A DNA stretch of 64,000 nucleotides from Balanoglossus misakiensis (Eukaryota > Animalia > Hemichordata). Every line of letters begins with the position of its first letter. Position 1 is the first letter of the stretch. Under the pieces are notes generated by a model. That model did no database searches, had not been told where the DNA came from, and saw only the letters and a list, made by a program, of their open reading frames with translations. A program made the position numbers and the translations under genes. This document shows, piece by piece, positions 39,001-54,000 of the stretch. The stretch spans positions 7,848,043 through 7,912,042 of the forward strand of contig CM082593.2 in the NCBI GenBank assembly GCA_040954595.2, given 5' to 3'.

Positions 39001-42000
39001 TACAATATCTTACATCAATCACCACAAGGAACATGCCTACCAAAGCTTAAAGCAATCTAATATGCAGTTTGCACACCAAACATCAAGGTGATATACGAAG
39101 CGGTTTCCAAGTTTTTGATGTGGATGGACAGAAAGACATACCGGTACATGCATACATGCATACATGCATACATGCACCATAGCTGGTGATCTCTGACCAC
39201 AATATTGATGATACCCTCGCCTGCGGCTCAGGCATCATCACCATCCCCGAGCAGGCTAAAGATCATGATATGTGTTATTATAAATTAGGCTAATTACCTG
39301 CCCGATGAGCAAATATTGCTGGCGAAAACACAGCAGCAGAAATAGCAGTAACAGTTATTTAAACATACCTTTGATTTCTTTTCTGAGCCATTCTACGAAC
39401 ACTTTTTGCTGGACTAATTCATGCAGACTCTGGATTCGTTCTTGCGATAACTCTGCCAAGACTCTGCCTGTATGTACTACTTCTTCATTGATGGAAACTA
39501 GCCGCCTGTCTTTGAAGTCATCACCTCTCTATAAAAATATAAGGACCAGAGAGAGCAAGTCAGTGGACACCTGACTGATAATTATTTTATGGCAATGGAG
39601 TTAAATTAAACATTACTGTGTTTACAGTATGACCCAGAAGTTTACAAGTGATGACACATTATAACAAGCATAGAAATGAACAAAAATTGAATGGACATGA
39701 GCTGTAACTTTTGGCTATATTTTCAGTATTGTTGTTCTGTATATTAAACCCAATTTCTTGTTCTTCTTCAAACAGCATGCTAATGTACCTTTCCACTTGC
39801 CAGGAAAGCCTGTATGCACTTAACAACCATAATGTTATTGTTGACAAATGAATTTTAAGTCTGGACTTGAATTCATATTTTTTCACATACATGTAACAGT
39901 GCACACATAAAGGATAAGCTGATAAGATAATTTTCATTTCTTTCAATACTTTTTTTTTCTGCATCTACTGCAGTTTCTTGTTAAATCCTTGCACCAGAAA
40001 GTTACAGCTAATGGAGCTGTACTGTTTACGTTTGTGAAAATGATGCAACTGCAATAGAGTAATAAACTTACAACAGATGACAGGACATTAACTGCTTCAA
40101 AGTTTCCAGTTAAACCAAAAGCGTTTTGCACTGATAACACAATGTCGACTGCTTCTAGTCGTCGCTCCAGTCTGTGATACTGAGCGATCTGCTGTATTCT
40201 TTTTATCCATACAGATCCAGCTTTTTTACGATGGAGCAACATCAGCTCCTTCTCCAATTTGTCATAGTTGCCTTTAAAGTTGTCAAAATATGTGTCAACT
40301 TCCCTCAGCGTGATGCTACCATTCTGAATCTTGGTCAGTACGTTGGCGATTTCCAAAGAAGAACTCCTCCAAACAACTGTTGCAATTTCCTCCACTGTGA
40401 GTACATCTGTCCCGTCTTCATCTTTCTTATCTCTGCAATGCTTTCTGGCAATTGTCCCCCAAAGTTCTTGAAAGATAATGCTGGTATGCATTCCATGTAA
40501 TGGCTCAAGCATTCCTCTCACTGGTATTGGTAAGTTAAAGAAAGTTATTTCTGGTGTGGTACAGCTGTTTTCTAGCGTTATGGGATCACACAGGCATAAC
40601 AACTCCTGATTCTCAATCTCAGTATCAACTTTAATTTGTAAATCATTGGTGTTCACTGGAAGATATGAATTCACAGAAAAGAAGAAAAGAAATTCATTAG
40701 ACACTGGGTGAATGTGACATTTAATCAAAGTAAGATTCTTGCGTGATAGGCGAAGCGTATTTGTATATTTTTCATGGGTTATATGTTATAGCTCATGAAA
40801 ACTGTCATCAGATGACAAATTTTCGACTTTGCTCCTGATTGTTTATCAACTGATGCAAAGTACAAACAACAGCAATGCAAATACGCCTAGTCTGTCGCCC
40901 AGTGACACCAATCGGAAAATGGTATCACCCACACAAAGTTAGGTGGAAGTTGGTCCTGGCGCTTTTATTCCCATGATTCAAATTACAGTAAATATTGGAA
41001 ATTCTGCCAACTTTCCCTCATTTTGGGTGACCTCAGGTGACTTGTGACCTACTTTACACTATATCAACACCAAAAATACATACGTCCTTGATATTTCCTG
41101 AGATAAATCACCTGATGGAGCATTATGTGTCTTCTCATTCATAATGTGCATATAAAATTCCAGATCAGCGCTTGGGCCCGACAATGCTGCTTGCAGCTTT
41201 AATTTATTTGTATTGCTATTTATATTGATATCATGACATATTGTCAATTCTCTAAGATTGTTAGCAGTATACACATTTCATACAATGAAACTGAGAAAAT
41301 ATAAATAACAGATATTTATGGGTTTTTTTCTTTTTTGTTGAAATCATTTCCTGTCAGTTGCTCATTTGTACTTTATTGTATGTAGTATAGACGGCTGAAG
41401 GGCCAGGATTACCAAATAATGTCATGTAGCTAAAAATATCATGTGACCTCTGTCTATTTTCCACAGAGCAATGTATAAAGTCTGCATCGATTTTATGCCA
41501 GCGCCTACTCTAAAGAGGTCACTGCCAATTAACATCACACTATTCATTGTATTAAGTTTGTGAAGTTAAATGAAAATCATACCAGTTTGGATTGAACTGC
41601 ACATTCCAAGAAAGGAATTGATAAGAACCTTCTCTCTTTCAAAGGCATCGAGTTCCCTCTTTCTACCATCTAGTATCTGGAAAAGATGTTGACTTGATAC
41701 GTGATCGCCAGCTGCTCTCCTTTTTGGCTTTTCCTTCGCTCCACAAACTCTGTGCAGATCAACAAACTGAGTATCGTTGGCAATGATAAGTCGCAGTTCA
41801 CACACCAGTATGGTGCCATCAAGTACTTTTTGAACCAATTTTTTCACCATTGTCTCAGCAATGGTAACATATTCTAGTGCTTGGCCATGCAGAATACTTC
41901 CAAGTCCTTTCTTCCTATCTGGAAAGACAAAAACATAGTCATCTTATTTCTTTTGAAGCATGATTTCATGTACAAATTTAAAAAATTGTGGCACATTAAA

Positions 42001-45000
42001 GCCCTATGAGCTGCAACTCGATAACAATTTTTAAGCTTTAATTAGCTCCAATAATCTTGCATTCTCTCTATGTTATTGTCTGATACTATATCAAGGAAAC
42101 ACTTTATTTGTGACAAAATGGCCAAAATGTTATAGAAATATCCCACAATTTTAAAAATAGCGTCAAGGACACTGTGGTCCCATTTGAGGATTATGCAGAA
42201 ACAGTGACACGCCAAAATAAAAATTACAGGTGACATTGCAAGCAGATATGATCTTACGATATATAAATATGGAATGTAAAAAAATTAACAAGGAACATGC
42301 CCAATAAACTGTCATGTGTCATGGCAGTCTTACAAGCGGTGATAGAAAAAAAATTGACCAAAAATTGTCTGTACAAACACATATGAGAAGCAACTTCTTT
42401 CAGTCAGTCCTGGAACAGACAGACAGACAGACACACACTGACCTGCCACTGGTAATTACAAATTTAATAGCCAGTGGTCTCTGTAACAGCTGGCTTATTA
42501 AAGTTATGTAAACATGTCTAAGTTGGGGGTAACAACTCCTTGTAAACAGTAACTTTCAAAACAACTGTACTTTAGGAGAAGATTTGCTAACCAAAAACAA
42601 AGAAACTTACAAAAAAACTCGCTAAATATTGAATATTTCTGATATCAGAATTGAATAAAAGTTGCACATATACATGTATGTGTTATGAAATTATATCCTA
42701 AATTTCAAAGCAATCAGAGAAAAAAACAAATTTCAAAGCAACCCAACAAGCAGTTTCACAAAAAAATATTTGTTCAAAAGTGGCAAAAACACAAATATGC
42801 AAATATCACCAAAATTGTACAATATCTTACTTCAATCACTACAAGGAACATGCTGCCAAAATGAAATGCAATATGACAAGCGGTTTCAGAGAAAACAATT
42901 TTTAACAAAAATTGCAAAAGTTTCCCCGATAAACACATTTATGAAAATATCACATTTTTTACAACATATTACTTAGGTACTAGGTTACCCCTACGAACAT
43001 GCCTACCAAATTGCAAAGCAATCTAGCATGCGGTTTTAGAGGGGAAAAAATTTTTTGACCAAAAATGGCAAATATTGCCCAAAATTATAAATATGCAAAT
43101 TTTGCAACAATTTAAACAAAACTATGGTTACTCAGACAACCATTAGGAAGCTTCATACTAAATTTCAAAGAAGTAAGCCCATCACTTTCAGAAATGAAGA
43201 CTTTTTACCAATAACATGGAAAAATACAAAAAAATGCATAAAAAATAGGAAATCAATAATATTAGCTCAAAACATACAGGACTGCATGAGGTTGACATAA
43301 GGTACATGCATACCAATTTTCAAATCAATATGACCAGTGGTTGTTGAGTTTTTGAGTTTTGACCAATTTCACATTTTCCCAGCTAATTTGCATATTTTTG
43401 GCAATGACAACTTCATTTGAACAAACTCCCATCTACAGCCCTGCCTTCATCTACACACCAAATATCGAGGTCATACGCGCTGCGGTTTTCAAGTTTTTGA
43501 TGTGGACGGACATACAGACATACATCCATCCATCCATACATACATACATACATACAGACGCAACCGATCCCATAAGGTCCCATGGTATATATGCCTATAC
43601 CAATGGGACCTAAAAAAATGAAATATTGCAATGAAAAATGAAAATGGAGCGAGGAGTACATTTAGTTCCAAATGTTCTCTTGAATCAGATAATTGTTTGT
43701 TTATAAAGGTTCGAAGAGGGGAATTCACCATTTTCATTGTATTTTGCATATTGACATGGTGGCAGTGATATTGCATAGGAGCACCACTATTTATCTGGTT
43801 AAAACTTGCATATGCAGTCATATTTAGGGATTAATACACAGTTTGAGAATAAATTTCAAATCCCAAAAGTTGCAGCTCATGCAGTGTTTTCGTTGCATAA
43901 TAGAAGCATATTTCTGTCTCTTTATGCAAAATAAAAATGGCTTGTGTATGCATGCACGCATATTTCTGTTTGCAAACTAAAATCAGAATCATTTCTGTAG
44001 GTATTGTACGCATTCAAAGCAGGTTTCAACACAAGCAAGCTCATTCAAGTGAAGTGGTGTCACACTGTTGATACTATAAATAGTAAGGAATGTACACAAG
44101 CAGGGAAGACATCCTGTTCGCCTAAGTTCACGATGCACAATCAATGAAATGTAGTTATAAGCTGTCAATCATTTCAATGTGTCTTCAACTCGCACATTTG
44201 TTAATTCCTTCCTATTGGCTTGCAAACTCCTAAAAAGAACACCAACGATGAAATCTATTGGCCTGGAATGTCTCTGGATAAATTTATTGCAGTACAGTAG
44301 TTTCAAAATTACACCTATTCAGAATCAATGATTTCATACATGTACATGTACCTGTCATTTTCAAGAACCCTGTGAATGGGGTCCATGTCAAGACATGCTG
44401 CAGAATTTGGTGATCTGAAACATCTCTCCCGTAGCTGGGAAGTGGCCATGATTTCTCCAGCAGATGTGAAAGAAGAGCGCCATATTCCCTTGCTTCTCTA
44501 TCTCCAGAATACAATGAGATGAAATGTTCTGATTCTTTCTTGTGCTATTAAAATGAGAACCAAAAGGCTGTAAGACTAAAATTCCTACGAGAAGATATGG
44601 CTTTAATTTTTGTGTAATAAAGAGATCTGCCACACTTCAAGGTTTGATCTATGTACAGTATGTGCGTATTAATCAGATTTACTCCTAGAAGTTTATGATG
44701 CTTGGGTACAGATGCCGATCAGAATTACTTTGATTTTTTCCTTTTGACCACCAAAATTAGAGTCTGATGGTCAACATGGATCAATGACCAACAATAAAAT
44801 GTTGAACCTAGCGCGTGCGCACACACGCACACATACATACATACAACATATACAAACACATAAACATACACACACCTTGGATATTTCTTCCACTGCACCA
44901 AAAGCAGCATCACTCAGTATTTTCTGGACAGTTGGGTTATAGCCTTGAACATCCTTGTGGCAATAGAGTTTTACTTTCTGAATGTTCGTTAGCTGTTGAT

Positions 45001-48000
45001 AAACGAACAGTTAATACTTATTTGCTAATATTTTTGTTCGAAAAGCTAGGAAAAATATGAGGAACGTAAATATGGCTGTGTCACCACGAGTCAAACAGCC
45101 ATTACGTTACAAGTATTTTTCCCCAGCTGAACGAACAAAAATATTAGCAAATAATATACTAATGCACAAGCCAAGTTGTTGTCATTTATAAGCAATAAAT
45201 CATGTTTTCCCAATCAGTTTGTCGTTTTTGCTGCATTGGGTACAATCTCTGAAATCTTGATAGATAGCTCTTTAATCATGCCAAAAATATCGACAAGATT
45301 GGGTCGTTTGTTTAATATGTTTTACCCAAACTCCCAACAACTGATCCAATAGTGATCCAGATGGTACAGACTGCAAGAAGACTGACGATATACACATAGT
45401 GATGATCAAAATCCACTCGTTATGGAAGTGGAAATCACAAGGTTCTGACCATGATCAAAATAACTGTAATTCAAATACAATTTTATTTTAAGCTGATCAG
45501 CTTATACCCACGTGCAAAATATACTTAGACCACAAAGCGAAACATTCTAATACCATGATCAATAATTTGTATTGTACATATGTACTTACACTGTTGACTC
45601 TGTGTCCCAGCATATCTGATATTTCACGATTCCAAGTGGCAATAGCTTTATCATCATCAAATTTCACAGATAACAATTGATGCCAAACCTTAAAGTGAAA
45701 AAAAGCATAAAGAAAAGACATTGTGCTCTTATTACTTGATATTGCCCGTTATTTAAAGGGTCTTACACCACTTACATGATTGTTGCATGCCAACATCCAC
45801 ACTCTTCTTTATGTGATAGCTTAGTAGCCACACCTGTATCATGGCATTTTAGACAAAGTGGTACTTACCTTCAGTTCATCTTGAAAACGTGCACTGTTTA
45901 AGTCAAACGTCCGAGTGTCAGGTAGTACTGAAGCCAGCCATTGTTTTACAGTTGAAAGAACTTGTCTGAGAACAGTTGTGAGTGTATCTAGGGTTTCCAT
46001 CTGATCTGCTGTCTGTGATCTCATACTTGCTGACTGTGACAAAGTAACAGCAAGATCATGGCATGCTCCATAGACACTGCATGCATCAGTGATAACCTCA
46101 TATTCACGAATAGAGCTCTTGGAAATAACAGTATGGATAAGAGCTGAGATGGAACAAACTGTTTCAACAGCGTCTTCTCGTCTGGTTGTATCCAGAGGAT
46201 GCCTTAAGTAAAGAAAAGACAAGCCATTATCAATGACACATGGAAATCACCTATTGCATCTAGAGAGTCTGATCTACAATGTTCATCTAAAAATCAGCTT
46301 GTGCTATGCACATATCACTTAGCATCAGACTGGCTTTGCTTTGTTTCCTTTTCATTCATTCAGGTTCTTTGAATGTGCCAGGCTAGCTGCTTTGATCCCA
46401 CCATCACCCCTTTCTTCACCTTTTCTGGGAATTTGGTTAGCCTATACCAGTTGTTTTCACCAACCATAAGTCCCCCATTTTTTTGCAAATATCGAAGGGC
46501 TTCAAAGTAGTGCATTACAGGAAAAAGCGCCCAAGTGTGACTGCAGTTCTACCATGACCTGGTCTCAACCTGCACAGTAAAGGCCGCCGCACACGAGAGA
46601 AATCAGCTGAGCAAAACGCAATTCGAGGAATTTTGCTCAGCAAGTTTCTCTCGTGTGCGGTGGTCTTGAGTAATTTTCCTCGCGAGGAAAAAAATATCAA
46701 ACATGTTGAATATCGTGATCCGCGGCACAAAAGTAAAAAGATCAGGAAAACTCGGCCGCACACGGGAGGAAAATTGCTGAGCAAAATTCCTCGAATGGCG
46801 TTTTGCTCAGCTGATTTCTCTCGTGTGCGGCGGCCTTAACATTGGTGCAAAGCAGTGCAGTTGACCAGATGACCTTTAGCTGGCCCACTGCATTGCATAT
46901 CAATTGTTTGCATTTTGCATCCATCAAATCAATAGTCCATCAACTGCACCAGACCCAGATTGTTTAGAAAATGTGAGTCCAAGCCCAGATACTCTGGTCT
47001 AAGTTTGAGCGGTACCTGATTGTGTTTTTGGAACTTGTACATACGTGCTGTCAACCTATTTTGAAGTTCAACCATGTTTACATTACATGTATCATACTTG
47101 ACATTTTTTCTTTTGGTTGAATTACATTGGGCAAATGACGCCCTTTCCATTCTATAACCATGTTGTGCTATATTGCACTGCTGAGGGTAAAACAAGGTAA
47201 TGTTTTTGGAATTTTGGAATACCATGTGAACCTTAAACAAGTAACCTAAATTACATTTAACACTGATACTCACTTTTCACTTCCTGATTTCAAGTAAGTT
47301 CTGATATTTAATACTGTTTGTTCCATGATGTTTTTCAATGTAGCCATGTCCTGGGAAGAATGGAAACGTTTTTAATGTAGGTGATTCATCTCTAGCTGTG
47401 TTGTCATTATAGTTGACAAATTTTGTGGAAAAAAAAATACAAGCTCACGCCAACATTTCAAAAATCTAAATAGCATCAAGCACACTATGGTCCAATCCGG
47501 GGATTACACAGAAATAGTTGTACATCGGAATAAAATCATAGATGATACTGGCAAGCAAATTTTAAAGCAATCTGATAAAACAATATTCGTTCAACAATGG
47601 TAAAAACTGCCCCAAAACATAAATATGCAAACTTAACCAAAATTATGCAGTATCTTACTTTACTCACCACAAGGAACATTCCTACCAGAGTTTAAAAATT
47701 GCAAAAATTGCAAATTATGAATCAATTTGAACAAAAACAACTTAGATCCCCTATGGGAAGCTTCTTTCTTAATTTTAAAGAAATCAGCTGATAACTTCCA
47801 GAGAAGATTGAAGGTTTTTTTTGCTGGGGGTGGGCACACCAGTCGATATACCGGTAGCAGAACTGACTCTAAGCACTTGTCTGCAGCTTGTGCATATACC
47901 AGGTCATGAATTGTGCTATATCTTGTAGTACACCCGCCCATGGCGGGGGGTAATTGCTTAATTAGATAGAAATTGTACATGGGTTAACATAATGAGATAC

Positions 48001-51000
48001 ATGGATTCCGACGCATTGCAGCAACTTAGATAAGAATCCGTTCAGCTGTTCTTGACATCTTGTATTAACAGACAGACAGACAGATACAGATTGGGACACC
48101 CACAGGCAGATATCAGTACGACATTAGCTTATGTTTGTGAGCACATCAGCTTTACATCAGAAAAATTACATTTTTAATTTTGAGTAGTCCCAATCTTAAC
48201 CATAAAAGAGAAGGCATTATCATACATGCATCGCCTGTATTTGGCACTTTCTATTGTTATCGCACTGAAGATATTCTACGGTATTTCACCGAGTGAAATA
48301 CCGCGTCCGCGTCTCGAACTCAGTATTTTTGAGAACGCGCTGAAATCATCACACAGTGTTGACTGTTGTGATCGGCGCGACAGTTCGCTGCGTGCGCGTG
48401 CGAGCGACGTACGGGGCATAGGACCTTAGTGGAGAGGGGTGTTGTTCAATTCGGTAATTAGAAGCTGTAATAAAGTTTTCAAAGCTGGCGGTTTTGCCAT
48501 GTTGAATGTATCATTTTTACTTCTTCGTAATTCTCAATGCGAAATAATTGTTAATATGATATTTTGAAAGAGAACGTAGACAATTTTATTTAGAATGCTG
48601 ATGTGCCCATCGTAATGAAAGCTGCCAACCCCCTTGGAATAATATTACGGCCTAAACGTTGATCACCTGATCGCACCGCCCTGTCACTTGGCTATGGGCT
48701 ACTGCCGTGATCCCAGGGCGCCCGGTTCAAATTTCTGGCCGTGAAATTGTTTTTCTCGGTGTATTTTCGCGAATCGTACTGTTTTATAGGTAGGCATGTT
48801 AAAGGGGTTATTACACAAATTTTGGTCGATAACGCGACGCATTCTCGTGATGTCCGTATATTGACATGTTGCTTCGTAACTCGTCAAAATACGGACATAA
48901 CACGTTATCGACCAAAATTCGCATAATAACCCCTAAATGTTCCACTTTTAAGGTAGTGAGAATTACAGATTATTTGAGTTCATAAGTCAAATTGTTAGAG
49001 AAAGAGAAATGTTTTGGAAATATATGTTCTTCTTTGGTGTTGAATCCATAGACTGTTGACGTGACCATGCTTTTTTTGTATTCAAACACTGGTTCACACA
49101 TGAAAAGGCATATAGATGGACAGACATATAACTAATGAAATGCTTTGAGCAAGCAGTTAGCACCATCAAATAATGCATCAATAATTCATACCATGTATAC
49201 CGTACGTATTATCATATTGTATACATACATTTGACAGTTTTGACATGTGGTCAACATCCTTAAATATGAAGGAAATGCGGTTGCAAATCTCAAGGGTGGG
49301 TATGCAGTCTTCTTTCACAGCTTGCAGCATACTTGGTATAGGTAAAGCCATTACACAACTTCTGGCAAGTAACTTGTCAACCACAAATAGAGGCTTTAAA
49401 CGGTGCACCACGCGCATCAAGTCATGCTTATTCAAGCTAAGAGAGAAGAGAATTTTGGTAGTCAATCACAGCTCAAATTGTGCATACCCTAGAATTAGTC
49501 ATCAGTCCAGAAATTTAATCAACATGACTATATAGGGTATGCATGTACTGATATCTATGTGTATTATGGTAATTTCCATGTTTCGCACAAAACATCAATC
49601 TATTTTTGATACAGCAAATTTTCAAGAACTTCATGAGAGCAGAAAAATGCAAAAATAAATAGTCTCAAAATGTTTACAAAGGCTAGGCATATATGCATAT
49701 GGTTGTCATTTCATGCGCAACCGACCACTTCCGCATTCAAGCCACCACAGTTCAGGTGATGTAACTATAACACTGTAACAGTCGTAACTCTTTTGAATAA
49801 TCAAAAATGAACCTCTAGTAGAATTCAACAGGATTTCCCTTGCAGACTTTGGTTTTGACTGGTGGTTTAGAAGCATCAGATTATCGGCATGCTTGTTGCC
49901 CAGTCATTACATCGTGCTGCTATGAGTTTTGGCGACTGAATCCCCATTCACGGGGCACAGAAGAAACTTGAATCACTAGAGCTATGCATGCAGGCTAATA
50001 ATCAGAACACGGAGAACAGCTCTCCATATTCATTTTAAGATTCGCTTGTTATGAGTAAATGTAAATTGGCATGCCATCTTTATCGCCGTTTATGTATCAC
50101 TGGGATGAGTCAAGACTGTCTAGTTCTAATAATAGCTGTACTGTATGGACATGATTGTTGACTTAAACATTGGTTCAAATGTTTATGACTTCAAGATGTG
50201 TGTATTATCTGTTATAATTTTGGTCAGAGAGATAATGGACTGATAAAATAGGGTTAATAAACGGATGCCAATATTCTGAGATAACGATGAGAATGCGAAA
50301 ATTAATCATGGCATAATAGTCATTTCTGTTGATAAGTTTTTGTCACAAAAATTTCCTGGTTTACAGATATATACATTAGCTCGGACATTCACTGCAATTT
50401 TATCCAATATGCACCTTGAAAACTGTGAAGCTCTGCACTATGTTTATAAACTTGCAATTGTTTGGAGATGCCAATGCACAATGCACTTTCGATTTAGACT
50501 ACCATGGGCCAAGAAAAGTCTTGTTTACTCATATTGGTGTTTGTGCATCTTTGTAGTGTGAATTGGTACATTTGAAACAGATGAAATTATGGAATATCAA
50601 AATATCTACATTGAGAACGGGTGTGTGCAAAATTTTAGATTTAGACAATTTTTCAGGTAGTTACGGGCCCAAGCCAAGCCAGGCTTGGGCCCGTATTGGT
50701 TTCGTTGGGGTTTTTACGGGCCCAAGCCAAGCCAGGCTTGGGCCCGTATTGGTTTCGTTGGGGTTTTTCTTTCTTTCTTTCTTTCTTTCTTTCTTTATTC
50801 TTGGTTCACTTCTTTCGCGCTCTAGATCTCAGACACCGCTGCAGGTACAGTTCTCAAACTTGCTACAGTGGTCAAGGTCAATGAGTAGATGTGCAGTGAC
50901 TTGTGAATACTTAATTAGTCACGTGACATGGCGGCCATATTGGATTTTCTGAAAAAATGCAAATCTCAGATCTCAGAAACTACAAGTCAGATCGAGTTCA

Positions 51001-54000
51001 GATTTGGCGTGCTGGTAGTATACCCTCTGCCCATCATTTTTGTAATTGGATATTTTGCTGTCAATGTTGCAGTTTTTTTGCTACAGTTGTTTTTCTGAAA
51101 TCTGGTCAAAATTTCAAAAATCTTCTTCTCCAGAACCGGCGATAACCGAGTCACGCCGTTTGGGGTATGTGGTCACCTAACTGATGTCTATCAAGTTTGC
51201 GAAGATCATTGTGATTGGTCGAAGATTATGGCGGCCATATTGGATTTTCGAAAAACCATAGTAAAACTTCAAAAATCTTCTCCTCCAGAACGGGCGATAA
51301 CCGAGTCACAAGATTTGGTGTGTGTGGTCATTAAACAGATGTCTATCAAGTTTGCGAAGGGGAATGTGATTGGTCGAAGATTATGGCGGCCATATTGGAT
51401 TTTGTGAAAAACGATTAAAAAGTAAAAATTCCTTTTCTAGCCTAAAAATTGATAGCACAGAAATTCTTTTTATGGATATGAATCATCATATGACAAGAAT
51501 AACCTATAAATATTTTGGTAATTTTGGCAATGACCTTTGACCTACTTTTGACGCATCATTTTTCTGCATATCTAATTCCAGGCTAACCAATAGGGCTATA
51601 AGTTTGGTTTTTGATGTATGTGGATTTGTATGTGATCAAAAAATTTTGCTACTTTTCATGACCCCTTTGACCTCTGCTGACCTCATTAAATATGCATATA
51701 CCTAATTACAGATGAACCAATAGACCTAGAGGTTTTGTTTTTGTTATACATGGACCAGTATGGGGTCAAAATATTTTGCCCAAATGTTGGGTGACCTCGG
51801 GTGACCTTTGACCTACTTTTGCATATCTCGACATCCACACCAGATACAGCCTTGGCGTTTGGAGGTATGGGGCCATAATGAAAAGCCAAAGTTTTGAGTC
51901 ACCTGTGACACCTGCTTTACTCATTATTTATGTGCATACCTAATTCCGGGCTAACGAAAATGGCTAGAGGTCTGGTTTTTGTTGGACATGGACCACTATT
52001 GGTCAAAATTTTCTGCCCAAATGTTGGGAGACCTCGGGTGACCTTTGACCTACTTTTGCATATCTCGACATCCACACCAGATACAGCCTTGGCGTTTGGA
52101 GGTATGGGGCCATAATGAAAAGCCAAAGTTTTGGGTCACCTGTGACACCTGCTTTACTCATTATTTATGTGCATACCTAATTCCGGGCTAACCAAAATGG
52201 CTAGAGGTCTGGTTTTTGTTGGACATGGACCACTATTGGTCAAAATTTTCTGTCCAAATGTTGGGTGACCTCGGGTGACCTTTGACCTACTTTTGCATAT
52301 CTCGAGCTCCACACCAGATACAGCCTTGGCGTTTGGAGGTATGGGGCCATAATGAAAAGCCAAAGTTTTGGGTCACCTGTGACACCTGCTTTACTCATTA
52401 TTTATGTGCATACCAAATTCCGGGCTAACCAAAAGGGCTAGATGTCTGGTTTTTGTTGGACATGGACCACTATGGGTCAAAATTTTCTGCCCAAATTTTG
52501 GATGACCTCAGATGACCTTTGACCTACTTTTGCATATATCGGCATCCAAAGCAGGTACAGCCTTGGCATTTGGAGGTATGGGGCCATAATGAAAAGCCAA
52601 AGTTTTGGGTCACCTGTGACACCTGCTTTACGCATTATTTATGTGCATAACTAATTCCGGGCTAACCAAAAGGGCTAGAGGTCTGGTTTTTGTTGGACAT
52701 GGACCACTATGGGTCAAAATTTTCTGCCCAAATTTTGGGTGACCTCAGATGACCTTTGACCTACTTTTGCATATCTCGACATCCACAGCAGATACAGCCT
52801 TGGCGTTTGGAGGTATGGGGCCATAATGAAAAGCAAAAGTTTTGGGTCACCTGTGACACCTGCTTTACTCATTATTTATGTGCATACGTAATTCCGGGCT
52901 AACCAAAAGGGCTAGAGGTCTGGTTTTTGTTGGACATGGACCACTATGGGTCAAAATTTTCTGCCCAAATTGTGGGTGACCTCTGGGTGACCTTTGACCT
53001 ACTTTACACTATATCAACACCAAACAAAGATATAACCTTGATATTTCATGGGATAAAACACAGCATTATGTTTCTACTCATTAATTATGTGCATATCTAA
53101 TAATCAGATCAGATAATAGAGCTTGGGCCCGGACAATGCTGCTTGCAGCTTTAATTCTTTCTTTCTTTCTTTCTTTCTTTATTCTTGGTTCATTTCTTTC
53201 GCGCTCTAGATCTCAGACACCGCTGCAGGTACAGTTCTCAAACTTGCTACAGTGGTCAAGGTCAATGAGTAGATGTGCAGTGACTTGTGAATACTTAATT
53301 AGTCACGTGACATGGCGGCCATATTGGATTTTCTGAAAAAATGCAAATCTCAGATCTCAGAAACTACAAGTCAGATCGACTTCAGATTTGGCGTGCTGGT
53401 AGTATACCCTCTGCCCATCATTTTTGTAATTGGATATTTTGCTGTCAATGTTGCAGTTTTTTTGCTACAGTTGTTTTTCTGAAATCTGGTCAAAATTTCA
53501 AAAATCTTCTTCTCCAGAACCGGCGAAAACCGAGTCACGCCGTTTGGGGTATGTGGTCACCTAACTGATGTCTATCAAGTTTGCGAAGATCATTGTGATT
53601 GGTCGAAGATTATGGCGGCCATATTGGATTTTTGAAAAACCATAGTAAAACTTCAAAAATCTTCTTCTCCAGAACGGGCGATAACCGAGTCACAAGATTT
53701 GGTGTGTGTGGTCATTAAACGGATGTCTATCAAGTTTGCGAAGGGGAATGTGATTGGTCGAAGATTATGGCGGCCATATTGGATTTTGTGAAAAACGATT
53801 AAAAAGTAAAAATTCCTTTTCTAGCCTAAAAATTGATAGCACAGAAATTCTTTTTATGGATATGAATCATCATATGACAAGAATAACCTATAAATATTTT
53901 GGTAATTTTGGCAATGACCTTTGACCTACTTTTGACGAATCATTTTTCTGCATATCTAATTCCAGGCTAACCAATAGGGCTATAAGTTTGGTTTTTGATG

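Noticed and set aside
51686-52363. Three near-identical 67-69-aa ORFs resembling a tandem gene family
   Set aside because: By-products of the 237-bp tandem repeat; TTG starts, and the remaining units give no listed ORF.
50661-53005. CRISPR-like array (palindromic 53-bp duplication and periodic repeats)
   Set aside because: No unique spacers, no cas genes and a eukaryotic intron context; explained by Helentron-type architecture.
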